Translations under genes and position numbers: made by a program
NCBI GenBank assembly: GCA_045105515.1
Contig: JBGCDR010000128.1
Location: 1-16,665 of the forward strand
Origin: Oligoflexales bacterium
GTDB taxonomy: Bacteria > Bdellovibrionota_B > Oligoflexia > Oligoflexales > Bog-1112
Direction of reading: 5' to 3'
Length of the DNA: 16,665 nt
Shown: positions 14,847-16,665 of the stretch, one piece after another
Position numbering within the stretch: position 1 is the stretch's first letter
How the letters are laid out: every line of letters starts with the position of its first letter
Notes under the pieces: model-generated
Databases searched by the model: none
Told to the model about the DNA's origin: nothing
Seen by the model: only the letters and a program-made list of their open reading frames with translations

Positions 14847-16469
14847 ATGTACGGTAAACTAACCCCCAAAAAAACTATTATTCTAATTGCGATTATTCTT
14901 CTTTTAATCTCATATATTGGAATCGATTACCATTACAAAACTAGATCCAAGGACATACTTTTAAGTACCATCCACGCCTCGGAAGATTTAATCAAAGTAA
15001 ATAATTTTTTGGAGTTTTCGTCTAACCTGCATTCAGCTATGATAAATCAGCCCATAATAAAATCGACGTCACTTTTTGACGGAGATTACCGAAGACTGTT
15101 TCACTATGGTGAAGATTATCGTATAGAAAGACTCGATATCAACTTTTCAGAAGATAAAGTTCTTATACTTAATGAAGGAATCCTAAAGTACGCATTAGTT
15201 TATAATTTCCCTACAAAATCAAACTTTATTCTAGTTTGCTCGTTTTATGATGATAACCGATATATAATCCTGTTCTCACTTTTTTCAGCCATATTTTTAT
15301 CATTTGGGGTTATATTTTTAGTTTGTACTCGCTTTGATATCGATAATCTAAATGCTTCTGCTGCAAAACAAGCTATTGGAATGATTTCTCTTGGTTTTCA
15401 TGAAATGAAACAATACGTGGCATTCACAAACGAACTTTTTAAGTACATTCAAAGCGGGAAAAATGATGCAATTAAAGAACAAATTTTTCTCAAAGATTAC
15501 AGGCATCTCAACATCGGTGTTGAATCTATGATGTCAATTATCAATATTAAAAATTATGAAAGTTTCGAAAATAAAAAGGAAGTTACAAAAAAAAATAATG
15601 CTGTTGAATTAAACGAAATTGTAAATAGTTGTGTCGAGTCCTACAAAAAAAAAGGCGTTAAATTTGAGTACATCCAAAATCATAAATGTCTGTTGTTGAT
15701 TAGAAAAGATGTTCTTTACGCTATAGTAGGTAATTTGATTAAAAATGCTTTTTTCTTTTCAAATAGGTTAGTTTGGGTAACTACGGAAGAAAAGGAAAAT
15801 TCACTTGCCATATCTGTTGCAAATACTGGCAAAAAAATACCGAAAAAGAAAAGAAAAGAAATTTTAAAACCTGGAATCGCTTTAAATGGCCAGTCTGGTT
15901 TAGGGTTACATATATGTAATTTATGGTGCGAAAAAATCAATGCTCAAATTCTCTTAGAGAGCACATCAGTTGCAACAGAATTTAAAATAGTATTCCCTAA
16001 AAAGTTGATTTTAAAAGAGCCAAACGTCTTGTGCGCTACTGAAGATATACCGAATTTTTCTGAAGTGAAAAGCGATGTTCAAATTATCAAGAAATCGATT
16101 GATTTAGCTGTTATTGATGATATTGAAACATTTAGGATTGGCTTAAAATCTGAATTAACCGAACTTGGATTTAATGTATTGACCTTTGAAGATATAGACA
16201 TGTTCCTAGATTCTATACAGGAAGGAAAAGTCAATTTTGATTGTGTTATCGTTGATAGACATGGAAAAGGGTTCGACGCTGCTAAAGATCGTTTCCCGGA
16301 ATCTTGCAAATATTATAATTTCAAAGGAAAAATAATATTGTACTCATCAAATGTAGAAGAACATCAATTGGAATACTACAAAAGTCTAGGCTTTGACAGC
16401 ACAGTTTCAAAAAGTGTTTCAGTTGATTGGAAGAATGAGATACACTCGATTTTGAAATGTGGTAAATAA
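14847..16469 (+). CDS. Membrane-bound hybrid sensor histidine kinase with C-terminal receiver domain
   Basis: 540 aa. Two TM helices flank a ~110 aa extracytoplasmic domain. H-box GFHEMKQ, N-box GNLIKNA, G1-like ANTGKKI, G2 SGLGL. Receiver VIDD...IVDRH...LYSS...VSK. Confidence 0.92.
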   Translation: MYGKLTPKKTIILIAIILLLISYIGIDYHYKTRSKDILLSTIHASEDLIKVNNFLEFSSNLHSAMINQPIIKSTSLFDGDYRRLFHYGEDYRIERLDINFSEDKVLILNEGILKYALVYNFPTKSNFILVCSFYDDNRYIILFSLFSAIFLSFGVIFLVCTRFDIDNLNASAAKQAIGMISLGFHEMKQYVAFTNELFKYIQSGKNDAIKEQIFLKDYRHLNIGVESMMSIINIKNYESFENKKEVTKKNNAVELNEIVNSCVESYKKKGVKFEYIQNHKCLLLIRKDVLYAIVGNLIKNAFFFSNRLVWVTTEEKENSLAISVANTGKKIPKKKRKEILKPGIALNGQSGLGLHICNLWCEKINAQILLESTSVATEFKIVFPKKLILKEPNVLCATEDIPNFSEVKSDVQIIKKSIDLAVIDDIETFRIGLKSELTELGFNVLTFEDIDMFLDSIQEGKVNFDCVIVDRHGKGFDAAKDRFPESCKYYNFKGKIILYSSNVEEHQLEYYKSLGFDSTVSKSVSVDWKNEIHSILKCGK

Positions 16470-16484
16470 GTCTCTGTTTTAGTA

Positions 16485-16532
16485 GTTTTGTCGTCAGATA
16501 CTACGCACCTGACAATGTCCAAACGACAAAGC
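16485..16532. other. Nested inverted repeats just after the kinase stop (possible terminator-like structure or binding site)
   Basis: TTTGTCGT (16487-16494) pairs with ACGACAAA (16523-16530). GTCAG-N11-CTGAC lies at 16493-16513. A T-run follows at ~16544. Confidence 0.4.
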
Positions 16533-16665
16533 CCCCACCCCTCTTTTTATAGACTCTTTTGCAAGCAGCATAACAAGAGCTATGGCACTTATCCTATAAA
16601 GAGCTTTTAAAACAAGATGGAGCCAATTGGGTTTGTACTTGTTCCCGAGTTCCAATTCTACTGTT

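Noticed and set aside
11930..16309. Alternative-frame or antisense ORFs 11930-12112, 13152-13373, 13473-13706, 13993-14175, 14258-14557, 15716-15940 and 16079-16309
   Set aside because: Nested in or overlapping motif-supported genes of the signalling operon.
16494..16664. Minus-strand frame open to the window edge (56 codons, ending ...GHCQVRSI), possible 3' end of a convergent gene
   Set aside because: Truncated with no recognisable motif, so it cannot be supported without downstream sequence.

Overview
The window looks like part of a temperate phage or prophage, in three blocks. (1) 28-3941 (+): the end of a late operon with a holin-like gene, a tail-completion gpZ-like gene, a candidate lambda-type cos site, and lambda-type small and large terminase. 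No portal or capsid gene follows. (2) 3938-11362 (-): a convergent early/replication arm with a Cro-like HTH gene, two hypotheticals, a ~1580 aa Toprim primase + P-loop helicase + 3'-5' exonuclease + family A DNA polymerase fusion with a cluster of AGGGTCC repeats in its linker (candidate origin), and two tandem paralogues with basic N-termini. (3) 11557-16469 (+): an AT-rich, tightly coupled five-gene operon divergent from block 2, encoding an XRE-like regulator, a small secreted-looking peptide with a Cys-flanked Thr/Gly-rich tail, an orphan family-5 peptide-binding protein, a stand-alone YcaO enzyme and a membrane hybrid histidine kinase. Block 3 is the main finding: it has the layout of a modified-peptide (RiPP) signalling or quorum-sensing circuit placed at the phage cI/cro-like switch. 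All family calls come from motif recognition by eye; no searches were run, and no integrase or att site is visible.
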